NCBI GenBank assembly: GCA_026413945.1
Contig: JAOAJX010000004.1
Location: 32,483-96,482, forward strand
Origin: Candidatus Iainarchaeum sp.
GTDB lineage: Archaea > Iainarchaeota > Iainarchaeia > Iainarchaeales > DTGL01
DNA length: 64,000 nt
Direction of reading: 5' to 3'
Part shown: in pieces, positions 36,944 to 46,193 of the stretch
How positions within the stretch are numbered: position 1 is the first letter of the stretch
How the letters are laid out: every line of letters begins with the position of its first letter
Notes under the pieces: model-generated
Told to the model about the DNA's origin: nothing
What the model saw: only the letters and a program-made list of their open reading frames with translations
Database searches by the model: none
Made by a program: the position numbers and the translations under genes

Positions 36944-37363
36944 TCAATTAAAAGGTTTTAAAGCTAGGGGATAAAGTTCTTTTAGCCTTACTTTTTTTGT
37001 TTTTGACACTATAACCCAAGGATTTCCAAAACTGCTGATAAAATGCCTACATGCACCGCAGGGCCTTATTATTTGCCATTTTTGGCTTTTCCTGTCTGGC
37101 ATGTGAACCGCAACAATAGTTTTTATTCTTCTCTCACCTGAGGAAAACATAGATGCTATGGCTGCTGGCTCAGCACAAATAGATGTTGGGGACGAAAGGT
37201 AATTTTTGATATTAGTAGCAGCAAATACATTGCCATTGGCAGATAAAAGCGCTGCTCCCACTGATGCAGAAATTGATTTAGTCTCTAACCTGTTATTCAT
37301 TATAACATTAAGGGCTATCTCAATCAATTTCTTATCTTCATTAGTCAATTTTGCACTGCGCAT
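36944..37363 (-). CDS. cdd: Cytidine deaminase
   Basis: 'CAEPAAI' and 'PCGACRHFI' zinc-ligand motifs. Confidence 0.65.
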   Translation of the reverse strand: MRSAKLTNEDKKLIEIALNVIMNNRLETKSISASVGAALLSANGNVFAATNIKNYLSSPTSICAEPAAIASMFSSGERRIKTIVAVHMPDRKSQKWQIIRPCGACRHFISSFGNPWVIVSKTKKVRLKELYPLALKPFN

Positions 37364-37408
37364 AATCTTTTTTTTGCTGAAAAGAATAAAAATGTAACTA
37401 ATACTAAG

Positions 37409-37852
37409 TCATGGCCTATTCTTGGTCGAAACGTTCATTACTTTATTAAATCTTGAGCAAACAGTTATTTTTCTTTTTTCAATATCACAAAGCCAAATGC
37501 AAAGTTTTTTGTTGTTGAATTCGCTGGGAAAGTATTTAGGCCTTGTAATAGGCCCAAACGATTTTGCAAAACATTTCCTGTACAAGCTTAGCGAATTTGA
37601 AGGTATTACAAAAACATACTTGTCAACAAAAGGCAAATAAGCAAGCTTTTCTCTGAGCTTGCCTTTAGTTGGCCTACATAGGATTTCAAACCCAAAGAAG
37701 CTGCCGTTGATCTCAGCAAAAATGTCATATGAGCCGGTTCTTCTGGGTGAAAGTGAAACCGATTGCTCTGTTTTGATATTCTTTGCACACAGTTGCCGTA
37801 ATTTTTTCTCGGTTGCTTTATACATTACTTGCTCAATAAAGCTGCCTGCCAT
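37409..37852 (-). CDS. Hypothetical protein
   Basis: Clean 147-aa ORF with no recognisable motif. Confidence 0.3.
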   Translation of the reverse strand: MAGSFIEQVMYKATEKKLRQLCAKNIKTEQSVSLSPRRTGSYDIFAEINGSFFGFEILCRPTKGKLREKLAYLPFVDKYVFVIPSNSLSLYRKCFAKSFGPITRPKYFPSEFNNKKLCIWLCDIEKRKITVCSRFNKVMNVSTKNRP

Positions 37853-37855
37853 TTA

Positions 37856-38878
37856 CTAAACACCTGCAAAAAGAAGCAAAAATAATACATACGTTGAATA
37901 TAGAATTAAAACATGCTTGCGCGAGAGCTTTCTTTTAATGAAAATCATAATGGATATTAGTAACATCAAAAGAAAAGCTATAGCTGATTTAATTATCAGT
38001 GAGCTTGACACAGAAAATTCCCTGGCAATTGCTGCTACACCAACAACAAAAAAGCTATTTGTTATGCAACTACCAAATATATTTCCGAGGAGAAGGCCGC
38101 CTTTATTTTGCTTAGCTGCACTTACAGTAACACTTAACTCAGGCAAAGTTGTACCAATTGCCAAAATTGCACCTATAAAAGCAGCGCTAACATTAAGATT
38201 CGTGGCAATTTTAATTGCAGAGTTGACCATAAAATCTGCACTTATAAAAACTACTATCAAAGAAACTGCAAGTATAAAAAACTCTCTAAAAAGCTCTTTT
38301 TTGATGGATTTGCCAGTGCTTCCCTTTCTAACTGTTATTGCGCTGCCATTCATAACTTGGTGCAAATATCTAGCTGTTATAAAATAATTGATAAAATCAA
38401 TAAAGTCGTTTTCATTTTTTCGTTCTTTTTTTGTAAAGAAAAGAAAGCTAACATATGCAGTAAAAAGAAGCAGTAAAGCAACTCCATCAATCCAAGATAC
38501 GGTAAAGCCAATGCTCATCACAGACATTAGAAGTGTTATCGCAAAAGCCATTATTGTTATGTCCCTTTTTATAAGCAACTTGTTTACAGCAATAGTCGAA
38601 AAAAGCAAACCAGTACCTAAAACAAGTGTAAGGTTGCTCATGTTAGCACCAACCACATTTCCTATTATCAGTTCGCCATTTCCACGAAGTGCGGAAAAAA
38701 TCCCTGATATTATCTCTGGCAGCGAGGTACCAACGGCAATGATTGTGAGACCTATAACAAGCTCGCTTACAGATAGAATCTTAGCAATATTTACACTTGA
38801 TTTTACAGCGTGCTCAGATGCTTTTACAAGGAAGAATAATGAGGCAATTAAAGTGGCTGATAAAAGCAAAATGTCCAT
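37856..38878 (-). CDS. Ca2+/cation antiporter (CaCA family, YrbG-like)
   Basis: Two alpha-repeats, 'GTSLPEIISGI' and 'GTTLPELSVTV'. Confidence 0.75.
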   Translation of the reverse strand: MDILLLSATLIASLFFLVKASEHAVKSSVNIAKILSVSELVIGLTIIAVGTSLPEIISGIFSALRGNGELIIGNVVGANMSNLTLVLGTGLLFSTIAVNKLLIKRDITIMAFAITLLMSVMSIGFTVSWIDGVALLLLFTAYVSFLFFTKKERKNENDFIDFINYFITARYLHQVMNGSAITVRKGSTGKSIKKELFREFFILAVSLIVVFISADFMVNSAIKIATNLNVSAAFIGAILAIGTTLPELSVTVSAAKQNKGGLLLGNIFGSCITNSFFVVGVAAIAREFSVSSSLIIKSAIAFLLMLLISIMIFIKRKLSRKHVLILYSTYVLFLLLFAGV

Positions 38879-38977
38879 AATATTAGATGAATTGGTGAAC
38901 TTTAAAATTATAACCTCGCTTTAAAATAAAGATTACTTTGCATACTGATTTAAATATCATTTAAACATATTTTTAGC

Positions 38978-39691
38978 ATGGAAGAAAAAAGCAATGGTTT
39001 GGAACAAAAAAATGTTGACCTCGTTGGGTTGATAGAGCAACCAACGTGGAAAACTATATTGATAGATCTTGTGAAAAGGGAAAAGATGGATGTATGGGCA
39101 ATAGACATAATTGAACTTTCCCAAAAGTATTTACAAAAAATACAAGAAATGAAAGAAAACAATCTAAGGATCCCAGCCAATGCGATGCTTGCATGTGCAA
39201 TTCTTCTTAAGCTAAAATCCAGAACCATCAGGTTGCCTACTGAAGAACCAGAGCAGGAGCCTTTGCCAGAAATAGGCGAACTGCCAGAGCTGAAGCCGAT
39301 AAGCAGAATAAAGGAACGCAGCGTTACTCTTGATGAGCTTCTTGAAGAAATTGAAGCAGTTATTGAGAAGACAAAAAGCAAGATGGCGATTCAGGAAAGG
39401 AAAGAAATTATTGCAATAGACGTTCCAACAATGATTAAGCATGACCTGGGGAAAAAGATTGAGGAATTGTATGAAAAGATTACTAAAAGCGCAGATGAGC
39501 AGGGCCTTGTCCTATTCTCGCAGATTGTGGATAAAAGCACATTGCTTGAGGTAGTAACAACATTCATATGCTTATTATTTTTAGCATCTGATGCTCGCAT
39601 AAATTTATGGCAAGAAACATTCTTTGGTGAAATTTTTATTGCAATTATAAAGAACAATGGGGATGAAAGAAACAATAAAACATCTAGTTAA
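38978..39691 (+). CDS. scpA: Segregation and condensation protein ScpA (kleisin)
   Basis: 'DVWAIDIIELSQKYLQKIQEM...AMLACAILLKLKSRTIRLP' and a C-terminal winged helix. Confidence 0.7.
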   Translation: MEEKSNGLEQKNVDLVGLIEQPTWKTILIDLVKREKMDVWAIDIIELSQKYLQKIQEMKENNLRIPANAMLACAILLKLKSRTIRLPTEEPEQEPLPEIGELPELKPISRIKERSVTLDELLEEIEAVIEKTKSKMAIQERKEIIAIDVPTMIKHDLGKKIEELYEKITKSADEQGLVLFSQIVDKSTLLEVVTTFICLLFLASDARINLWQETFFGEIFIAIIKNNGDERNNKTSS

Positions 39692-39694
39692 AAA

Positions 39695-40534
39695 GTGGTT
39701 GATATGGAAAAGCTGATGTTTGGAACCGCTGGAATACCTCTTAGCGCAAAACCATACAACACTATTGAGGGTATAAAAAAAGTAAGGGCTTTAGGATTAG
39801 AAGCAATGGAGCTTGAATTTGTGAGGAATATAAATGTAAGTGAAAATTCAGCGCCGGATGTTAAGAAAACCGCTGAAAGCAATGATATTGTCCTTACATG
39901 CCATGCATCTTATTTCATAAATCTAAACTCAGCAGAAAATGCTAAGCAAGAAGCAAGTGTTGAGCGCCTTAAGAAAGGTGCAATTAGAGCTTACGAGTGC
40001 GGAGCATTCAGCATATGCTTCCACGCTGGTTTCTATCAGAACAAAACGCCAGCTGAAACCTACAAGAAAATAAGGGTGGAATTAGAAAATATAGTTGAGT
40101 TTCTCAAGAATAGTGGAGCAAAAATATGGCTAAGGCCTGAAACCACGGGCAAAAGCTCGCAGTTTGGTTCGCTTGATGAGATACTTTCTCTTAGTTCTGA
40201 AATTGATGGTGTGATGCCTTGTGTGGACTTCTCGCATATGCACGCAAGGAATGGTGGCAAGATTAACTCATACAAAGAGTTTGTAGAGGTTTTAGAAAAA
40301 ATAGAGAAAGCACTTGGAAGAATGGCATTGAACAAAATGCATATTCATGTATCAGGAATTGAATATACTGATAAGGGAGAAAGGAACCACTTAAATCTTC
40401 CTGAATCTGATTTGAATTATAAGGATTTACTTAAGGCGCTAAAGGATTTTAATTGCAAAGGTGTAATTATAAGCGAAAGCCCAAATATTGAGCTTGATGC
40501 TATGCTGATGAAAAAAACATATGAAAAACTTTGA
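39695..40534 (+). CDS. nfo: Endonuclease IV (AP endonuclease family 2, TIM barrel)
   Basis: 'CHASYFINLNS', 'CFHAGF' and 'IHVSGIEY' metal-ligand motifs. Confidence 0.75.
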   Translation: MVDMEKLMFGTAGIPLSAKPYNTIEGIKKVRALGLEAMELEFVRNINVSENSAPDVKKTAESNDIVLTCHASYFINLNSAENAKQEASVERLKKGAIRAYECGAFSICFHAGFYQNKTPAETYKKIRVELENIVEFLKNSGAKIWLRPETTGKSSQFGSLDEILSLSSEIDGVMPCVDFSHMHARNGGKINSYKEFVEVLEKIEKALGRMALNKMHIHVSGIEYTDKGERNHLNLPESDLNYKDLLKALKDFNCKGVIISESPNIELDAMLMKKTYEKL

Positions 40535-40541
40535 ATTGCAT

Positions 40542-41072
40542 TTATGCCAATTTAAGGCCTTTAAGGACTGTAAATGCAACTAATGAGCCAGCTAAAGCTG
40601 TAATTAATTGCATCAAAGACATTGGAAACAAAAGAGCTTTTGGAATTAATGAAAATTGGATAAGGGTAAATGCTGAAAGCCCCAGCCATGTGGCCTTCAA
40701 AGCTGATGCCAAAACAGCCTTTATGTAAAAAGGCCTTTTGGCCATTTTTTTGAATACAAAAACTAGTGCAAAGTTACCCAACCAGATGAAGGGCACTAGC
40801 AAGATAACATATCGTGTCAAATTGCCGAAAAGTAGGCCTGCGCTTACAACACCCAATGAAGGCAGGAGAACTACTGGTAAGGTGTAATGCAGTTTAAGGC
40901 GCAATGCTGAAACAACAAGCATAGTATTTACAAGAATACCAACGATAAGCTGTTGTTGCGAATGACTCAAAACAAAGGGCAAAAAAAAGCAAAAAAGGCC
41001 ATAGCAAATGCCTTCGAGCATCTTATAAAACTCAGAGTATTTGGAGATACCTGAATATGAAAAGGATTGCAT
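40542..41072 (-). CDS. Hypothetical membrane protein (possible ECF-type transporter S component)
   Basis: Five or six TM helices; weak resemblance only. Confidence 0.3.
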   Translation of the reverse strand: MQSFSYSGISKYSEFYKMLEGICYGLFCFFLPFVLSHSQQQLIVGILVNTMLVVSALRLKLHYTLPVVLLPSLGVVSAGLLFGNLTRYVILLVPFIWLGNFALVFVFKKMAKRPFYIKAVLASALKATWLGLSAFTLIQFSLIPKALLFPMSLMQLITALAGSLVAFTVLKGLKLA

Positions 41073-41103
41073 TTAGCTCACCCATAAATAAATGCAGCTC
41101 TGC

Positions 41104-41119
41104 TTTAAATATTTTGCTG
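41104..41119 (+). promoter_or_regulatory. Candidate TATA box for the hyd operon
   Basis: 'ctttaaatattttgc' about 24 nt upstream of the hydC ATG at 41134, which may be a leaderless transcript. Confidence 0.25.
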
Positions 41120-41133
41120 TTTTTCTTTTCTTT

Positions 41134-41553
41134 ATGGAAAACAAAAAGAAAGCCCTGCTTTTAAACGAACTTGGAAAAGCCCAAAAAAGGGAGGGGCGAC
41201 TTTCCAAAAAAGAGCTTGCAAAGATTGCTAAAAAAGTCTGTATGCCTGAAAACGAGGTTTTCAGCACCGCTACCTTTTATTCTTTCCTCACACTTGAAAA
41301 GAGAGCTAAGCACAGCATACTTTTGTGCAATTGCCCAGCAGAGTACCTTAGAAGCTCAGACAAAATATCCAAATATTTGGAAAAAAAGTTGAAAGTAAAG
41401 CTAGGGCAAACTACAAAGGACAAAAAAATTTATCTCGGAATGACCTCTTGCATTGGCCTCTGTGATAAAGCACCTGCTTTGTTGGTAGATGGAAAACCCG
41501 TTGTTAATGTAACAACTAAAAAAATTGATGAACTGCTGAGGTCGCTCAAATGA
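41134..41553 (+). CDS. hydC: [FeFe]-hydrogenase small electron-transfer subunit HydC (NuoE/HoxE-like thioredoxin-fold 2Fe-2S)
   Basis: 'SCIGLCDKAPALLVDGKP' NuoE signature; the first Cys pair is an atypical 'CNC'. Confidence 0.6.
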   Translation: MENKKKALLLNELGKAQKREGRLSKKELAKIAKKVCMPENEVFSTATFYSFLTLEKRAKHSILLCNCPAEYLRSSDKISKYLEKKLKVKLGQTTKDKKIYLGMTSCIGLCDKAPALLVDGKPVVNVTTKKIDELLRSLK

Positions 41554-42671
41554 CAGAGAAAAAGATACTTTTTGACTCAGCTCTCAAAGGAGCGGGAATT
41601 GCTTTAAGTAAAACACCTACAGAAGTAATTGAGGTAGTAAAAAACTCTGGTTTAAGAGGTCGTGGGGGTGCTGGGTTTCCAACAGGCCTTAAATGGGAAA
41701 TAGCAGCAAAATCACAAGGTGAACACTACATCATATGCAATGCAGATGAGGGTGAACCTGGTACTTTTAAAGACCGTCTTATATTATCAACAGTTCCATT
41801 AAATGTAATTGAAGGCATAATAATTGCAAGCCATGCTGTTGGGGCCAAGCAAGCATATATTTACCTTCGTGGAGAATACAACTATTTCTTGCCGAAGATC
41901 AGAAAAGCAATAAAAAAAGCAAGGCCACTAATGGAAAAAATAGAGCTAAATTTAGATATTGTGGTTGGTCAAGGAGCCTATATCTGTGGGGAGGAAACTG
42001 CGATATTGAATTCTATAGAGGGACATAGGCCAGAACCAAGAAAAAGGCCGCCATATCCTGCTGAGAAAGGCCTATATGGTTCTCCAACAGTTGTAAATAA
42101 TGTTGAGACCCTCGCAATGGTTCCATTGATATTTCTCGGCATATTTGATCCAAAAAAGCGCCTTTGCTCACTTTCTGGTGATGTTGAAAAACCAGGAGTT
42201 TTTGAAATACTCGAAGGCAAACAAATAGGGAAAATATTGGAAGAGGCTAAGCCAATAGGCATACCAAAAGCGATTTGTTTTGGTGCTTCCGGTGGCATAA
42301 TGCCGTATGATCCTTGCATGGAAATAACTGAGGAGAATATCAAGGAAAGAGGCTGTTTCTTTGGTTCTGGGACAATAATTATTGTGAATCACACGCATTC
42401 CATAGTAGAGCTTTGCGAAAGCATACAAAAGTTTTTTGTGCATGAGTCATGCGGCTACTGCATGTCATGCCGCGAAGGTTCAAAAAGGATGCTTGAGTAT
42501 ATTAAAAGAATTTCGGCTGGAAAGGCCACAATGAAAGACCTCAATAAGTTAGAAGAGCTTTGCAATTTTGTATCTGTTGCATCTTTTTGTGCTTTAGGCA
42601 GGTCAATGCCATTGCATATATTAACAGCATTGAGACATTTCAGAGAGGAGTTTGTGAGAAAATGCAGATAA
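41550..42671 (+). CDS. hydB: [FeFe]-hydrogenase flavoprotein subunit HydB (NuoF-like; FMN/NADH-binding, 4Fe-4S)
   Basis: 'GLRGRGGAGFPTGLKW', 'CNADEGEPGTFKDR' and 'ESCGYCMSCREGS'. Confidence 0.8.
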   Translation: MTEKKILFDSALKGAGIALSKTPTEVIEVVKNSGLRGRGGAGFPTGLKWEIAAKSQGEHYIICNADEGEPGTFKDRLILSTVPLNVIEGIIIASHAVGAKQAYIYLRGEYNYFLPKIRKAIKKARPLMEKIELNLDIVVGQGAYICGEETAILNSIEGHRPEPRKRPPYPAEKGLYGSPTVVNNVETLAMVPLIFLGIFDPKKRLCSLSGDVEKPGVFEILEGKQIGKILEEAKPIGIPKAICFGASGGIMPYDPCMEITEENIKERGCFFGSGTIIIVNHTHSIVELCESIQKFFVHESCGYCMSCREGSKRMLEYIKRISAGKATMKDLNKLEELCNFVSVASFCALGRSMPLHILTALRHFREEFVRKCR

Positions 42672-44362
42672 CTATTGATGGAAAAATTTTAGAATTTCAC
42701 AAAGGCCAAACAATACTTGATATTGCACGCACAAATAAGATTGAGATACCAACGCTATGTTACCACAAGATGTTAAAGCCCGAGGGAAGATGTAGGGTCT
42801 GCTTAGTAGAAGCAAACAGTAAAATTGTAACTGCTTGTGATACACTTGCAGAAGACAATATGCAAGTAGTTACTACTTCTGAAAGAATTAGAAGGTTAAG
42901 GTTAGAGGCACTAAATCTGATAGCCTCGACTGTGCCAAAAGAAACCTTAAGGAAAGAAAATGAATTAACTAAAACGATGCGCCTTGTTGGATTTAAGAAG
43001 CCGACTTATAAGCATAATATTGTAAAGGACAAAGATAAGTCAAGTGCAGCCATTTGGAAGAGTATGGATGAATGCATTGTTTGCGGTAGATGCGTTCAAG
43101 CCTGCTCAAAAATGCAAACAGTTAACGCTCTCTCATATATGGGTAGGGGATATTCTACAATAGTTGTCGGCAGTGAAAACCAGCCACTAAAAGATACAAC
43201 TTGTGTCTCCTGTGGCCAATGCTCTTTATTTTGCCCAACAGATGCAATAACCGAAGCTTCTGATATAAGCAAAGTAGAAAAGGCCTTAAGATTGAAAAGT
43301 AAGATTAAGGTTGTTCAAGTAGCACCATCTGTAAGGGTTTCGGTTGGAGAATTTTTTGGCCTTGAACCGGGCACGATAGTAACAGGGCAGATAGTCGCTT
43401 CATTGAAGAAGCTTGGTTTCGACGCAGTTTTTGATACTAATCTATCGGCAGATCTCACTATAGTGGAGGAAGCGAAAGAATTTGTGGACAGGTTCAAAAA
43501 GGGTAATTTGCCAATGTTTACAAGCTGCTGTCCAGCGTGGATTGATTTCTGTTGTGAATTTTATCCGGAATTTATAAATAAACTTTCAAATACCAAAAGC
43601 CCGCAGATGATGCTTGGTGCTTTGATAAAAACATACTATGCAAAAAGGTTAGGTTTAAAGCCGAGCGATATAATAAGCGTTTCAATAATGCCGTGTACTG
43701 CAAAGAAAAGGGAGGCTAAACTGAAGAACATAAATGCCTCGAATGTAAAAGACATTGATTATGTGCTAACAACGAGAGAACTAGGTCAATGGCTTAAGAG
43801 CAAAAAAATCAACCCTGCAAAGCTTTTGCCCGCTGAATTTGATTGCCCCCTCGGAGAAAGCACAGGCGGGGGTGCACTTTTTGGTGTTACTGGAGGTGTT
43901 ATGGAAGCAGCATTAAGGACTGCATATTTTTATATTAAAGGCGAGGAAATGAAAGATCCAAAAATAGAGCCGATTAGAGGAACTAAAAGCTTAAGGGAAT
44001 TTGAAGTGAACATCGGTAAAAATAAGGTTAAAGGCGCGGTTGCACATACTTTGGAACGAGCAAGAGAGATTATAGAAAGGATAAAAAAAGGTGAAAGTTT
44101 TGATTTTGTAGAAGTTATGGCTTGTCCTGGCGGGTGTATTGGCGGCGGCGGTCAACCAAAGCCAGTTGATTGGGAAGCGATTGAGAAAAGAGCAAAAGCA
44201 ATTTACTCAATAGATGAAAACAAAAAGATAAGGTTATGTCACCAAAACCCCGATTTGAAGAGGGTTTACGAAACATTCTTGCAGAAACCTGGATCAAAAA
44301 AAGCAAAAGCATTGCTTCATAGAAAATACCCTAAGAGAGGTAAACCGCAACAGCAAGATTAA
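42662..44362 (+). CDS. hydA: [FeFe]-hydrogenase catalytic subunit HydA
   Basis: N-terminal 2Fe-2S and 2x4Fe-4S ('CIVCGRCVQAC', 'CVSCGQCSLFCP'); H-cluster motifs L1 'TSCCPAW', L2 'MPCTAKK' and L3 'MACPGGCIGGGGQP'; start at ATG 42662 overlapping the hydB stop. Confidence 0.85.
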   Translation: MQITIDGKILEFHKGQTILDIARTNKIEIPTLCYHKMLKPEGRCRVCLVEANSKIVTACDTLAEDNMQVVTTSERIRRLRLEALNLIASTVPKETLRKENELTKTMRLVGFKKPTYKHNIVKDKDKSSAAIWKSMDECIVCGRCVQACSKMQTVNALSYMGRGYSTIVVGSENQPLKDTTCVSCGQCSLFCPTDAITEASDISKVEKALRLKSKIKVVQVAPSVRVSVGEFFGLEPGTIVTGQIVASLKKLGFDAVFDTNLSADLTIVEEAKEFVDRFKKGNLPMFTSCCPAWIDFCCEFYPEFINKLSNTKSPQMMLGALIKTYYAKRLGLKPSDIISVSIMPCTAKKREAKLKNINASNVKDIDYVLTTRELGQWLKSKKINPAKLLPAEFDCPLGESTGGGALFGVTGGVMEAALRTAYFYIKGEEMKDPKIEPIRGTKSLREFEVNIGKNKVKGAVAHTLERAREIIERIKKGESFDFVEVMACPGGCIGGGGQPKPVDWEAIEKRAKAIYSIDENKKIRLCHQNPDLKRVYETFLQKPGSKKAKALLHRKYPKRGKPQQQD

Positions 44363-44365
44363 AAA

Positions 44366-45040
44366 TTATTTTTTTATCTTTTTTTTCATTACAAGCTCAA
44401 TCACTGATTTTATTTTTTTGTAATTATTTTCTACTTCATCATCAACATCTATTTCTTTCAAGATACCTTTTTTCTGATAGTGCTCTAGCAGCGGCTTAGT
44501 TTTATTTTCATATTCACGGAAGCGCTTTATTATAGCTTCAGGCATATCATCGGCCCTAACATCCAGCTTAGAACCACACTCATCACAAATACCCTCATTC
44601 TTTGGTTTAACACTTGCCAGGTTGTAAACCTTGGAACAGCTGGGGCAATAGAGCCTTTTTGATAAGCGCTCAACAGCTGCCTTTTCTGACAGTCTGAAGT
44701 ATATCACTAAGTCAAGCTTTGCATTCAATTCAGCTAATATGTTATCAAGGTCACTTGTCTGCTTAATTGTTCTAGGATAACCATCAAGGATAAAGCCATT
44801 TTTTATTTGGCTTTTCTTTAGCTTCTCAAGAAGAAGTTTCTTTGTATTTTCATCGTCCAAGAGTTTTCCTTCTTTTATAAGTGCTTCAAACATTTCCTTG
44901 AATTTTTTGTCGGTAGCTATTTTTTCCCTTATTATATCACCAGTTGAAAAATGAGCTAAGCCATATTCTTCAAAAATTTTTTTTGCCATGGTGCTTTTTC
45001 CCGAACCGGGCGGTCCCATAAAGACAAAATACATTGCCAT
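44366..45040 (-). CDS. adk: Adenylate kinase, bacterial long type with Cys4 zinc lid
   Basis: 'GPPGSGKST', 'LDGYPRT' and a lid 'CPSCSKVY...CDECGSKL'. Confidence 0.85.
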   Translation of the reverse strand: MAMYFVFMGPPGSGKSTMAKKIFEEYGLAHFSTGDIIREKIATDKKFKEMFEALIKEGKLLDDENTKKLLLEKLKKSQIKNGFILDGYPRTIKQTSDLDNILAELNAKLDLVIYFRLSEKAAVERLSKRLYCPSCSKVYNLASVKPKNEGICDECGSKLDVRADDMPEAIIKRFREYENKTKPLLEHYQKKGILKEIDVDDEVENNYKKIKSVIELVMKKKIKK

Positions 45041-45161
45041 AAAAACACCTTTGAATTAAAGTAAGTACAATATGTTTTTAATTGTTGACAAAAATCACCC
45101 AAAAGTTTTCTTTTTATTTTAATGAAACTATTAAAAAGGCAAAAGCATTATCTTCCTATAT

Positions 45162-46187
45162 ATGACTGAGCCTGTTAATATGGGCCGCACTGAACAAACA
45201 CAGGCCCCAAAAAAATATCCTCCAAGGGCTGCAGCAAATCGCATCACTGATAGAGTGCCAACTGCTGGGCCAGAAGAAACCATTCGACAAATAAAGGAAA
45301 AACTTTATGAGAAAGCAAATATATTCGAAACAATAAGCTATATTTATGTTTTAGATTCAAACGGCTGCCTTCTTGGGCTTTTTTCAACGAAAGAACTATT
45401 CAAAACGGGTGACTCCGTTAAGGCAGAAGAGATAATGAATACAAACATTATAAAGGCTAGACCTTATACTGATCAAGAAGAAGTGGCTTTGCTTGCACTT
45501 AAGTACAATTTGAAATCAATACCTATAGTTGACAAAAACAACAAGTTCATGGGTGTTGTTAGGTCAAGAGCGATAATGAATATATTACAAGGAGAGCATG
45601 TTGAGGACTTTCTCAAGTCAGCTGGTATCCGAGGTTTTGCGGCAAAAAATCTCAGCGCATCTGCTTCTCAAATGATAAAGGCTAGGGTGATGTGGCTTAT
45701 AGTTGGCCTTTTTGGTGGTGTTTTAGCCGCACATTTAACCGGCCTTTTTGAAGAGCCACTAAAGCAATATTTTATACTTGCGGCTTTTGTACCACTCATG
45801 GTATATATGGCTGATGCTATTGGAACACAAACGCAGACTTTGTTCGTAAGGGATTTGGTAATGCGACAGCTTGTTCTTAAAAAATACCTTTTGCGTGAAA
45901 TAAAAGTTGGCTTTGGGATAGCAGCACTGCTTGGCCTTTTGCTTTACATAATAACAATATTTTGGTCAAAAAATTATTTTATAGCACTTATTTTGGGGCT
46001 TTCAATGTTTTTAACTGGCTTTGTTGCAATTTTCGTGCCAATTGCAATAATACTTATCCTCAATAAGCTTGGCCTTGACCCCGCAATTGGCTCGGGACCA
46101 TTTGCAACAATTATTCAAGATGTCTTAACTTTAGCCATTTATTTTGCAATAGCTTCAACAATGCTTAATTTAATGCCAATGAACTGA
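45162..46187 (+). CDS. mgtE: Magnesium transporter MgtE (CBS pair + TM domain)
   Basis: CBS pair followed by the MgtE TM signature 'AFVPLMVYMADAIGTQTQTLFVRDL'. Confidence 0.65.
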   Translation: MTEPVNMGRTEQTQAPKKYPPRAAANRITDRVPTAGPEETIRQIKEKLYEKANIFETISYIYVLDSNGCLLGLFSTKELFKTGDSVKAEEIMNTNIIKARPYTDQEEVALLALKYNLKSIPIVDKNNKFMGVVRSRAIMNILQGEHVEDFLKSAGIRGFAAKNLSASASQMIKARVMWLIVGLFGGVLAAHLTGLFEEPLKQYFILAAFVPLMVYMADAIGTQTQTLFVRDLVMRQLVLKKYLLREIKVGFGIAALLGLLLYIITIFWSKNYFIALILGLSMFLTGFVAIFVPIAIILILNKLGLDPAIGSGPFATIIQDVLTLAIYFAIASTMLNLMPMN

Positions 46188-46193
46188 TTCAAT

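Noticed and set aside
37409-37852. Possible PD-(D/E)xK nuclease in the 147-aa hypothetical ('DIFAEINGSFFGFEILCRPTKGK')
   Set aside because: The motif spacing is only loosely compatible and there is no supporting context, so it was left as hypothetical.
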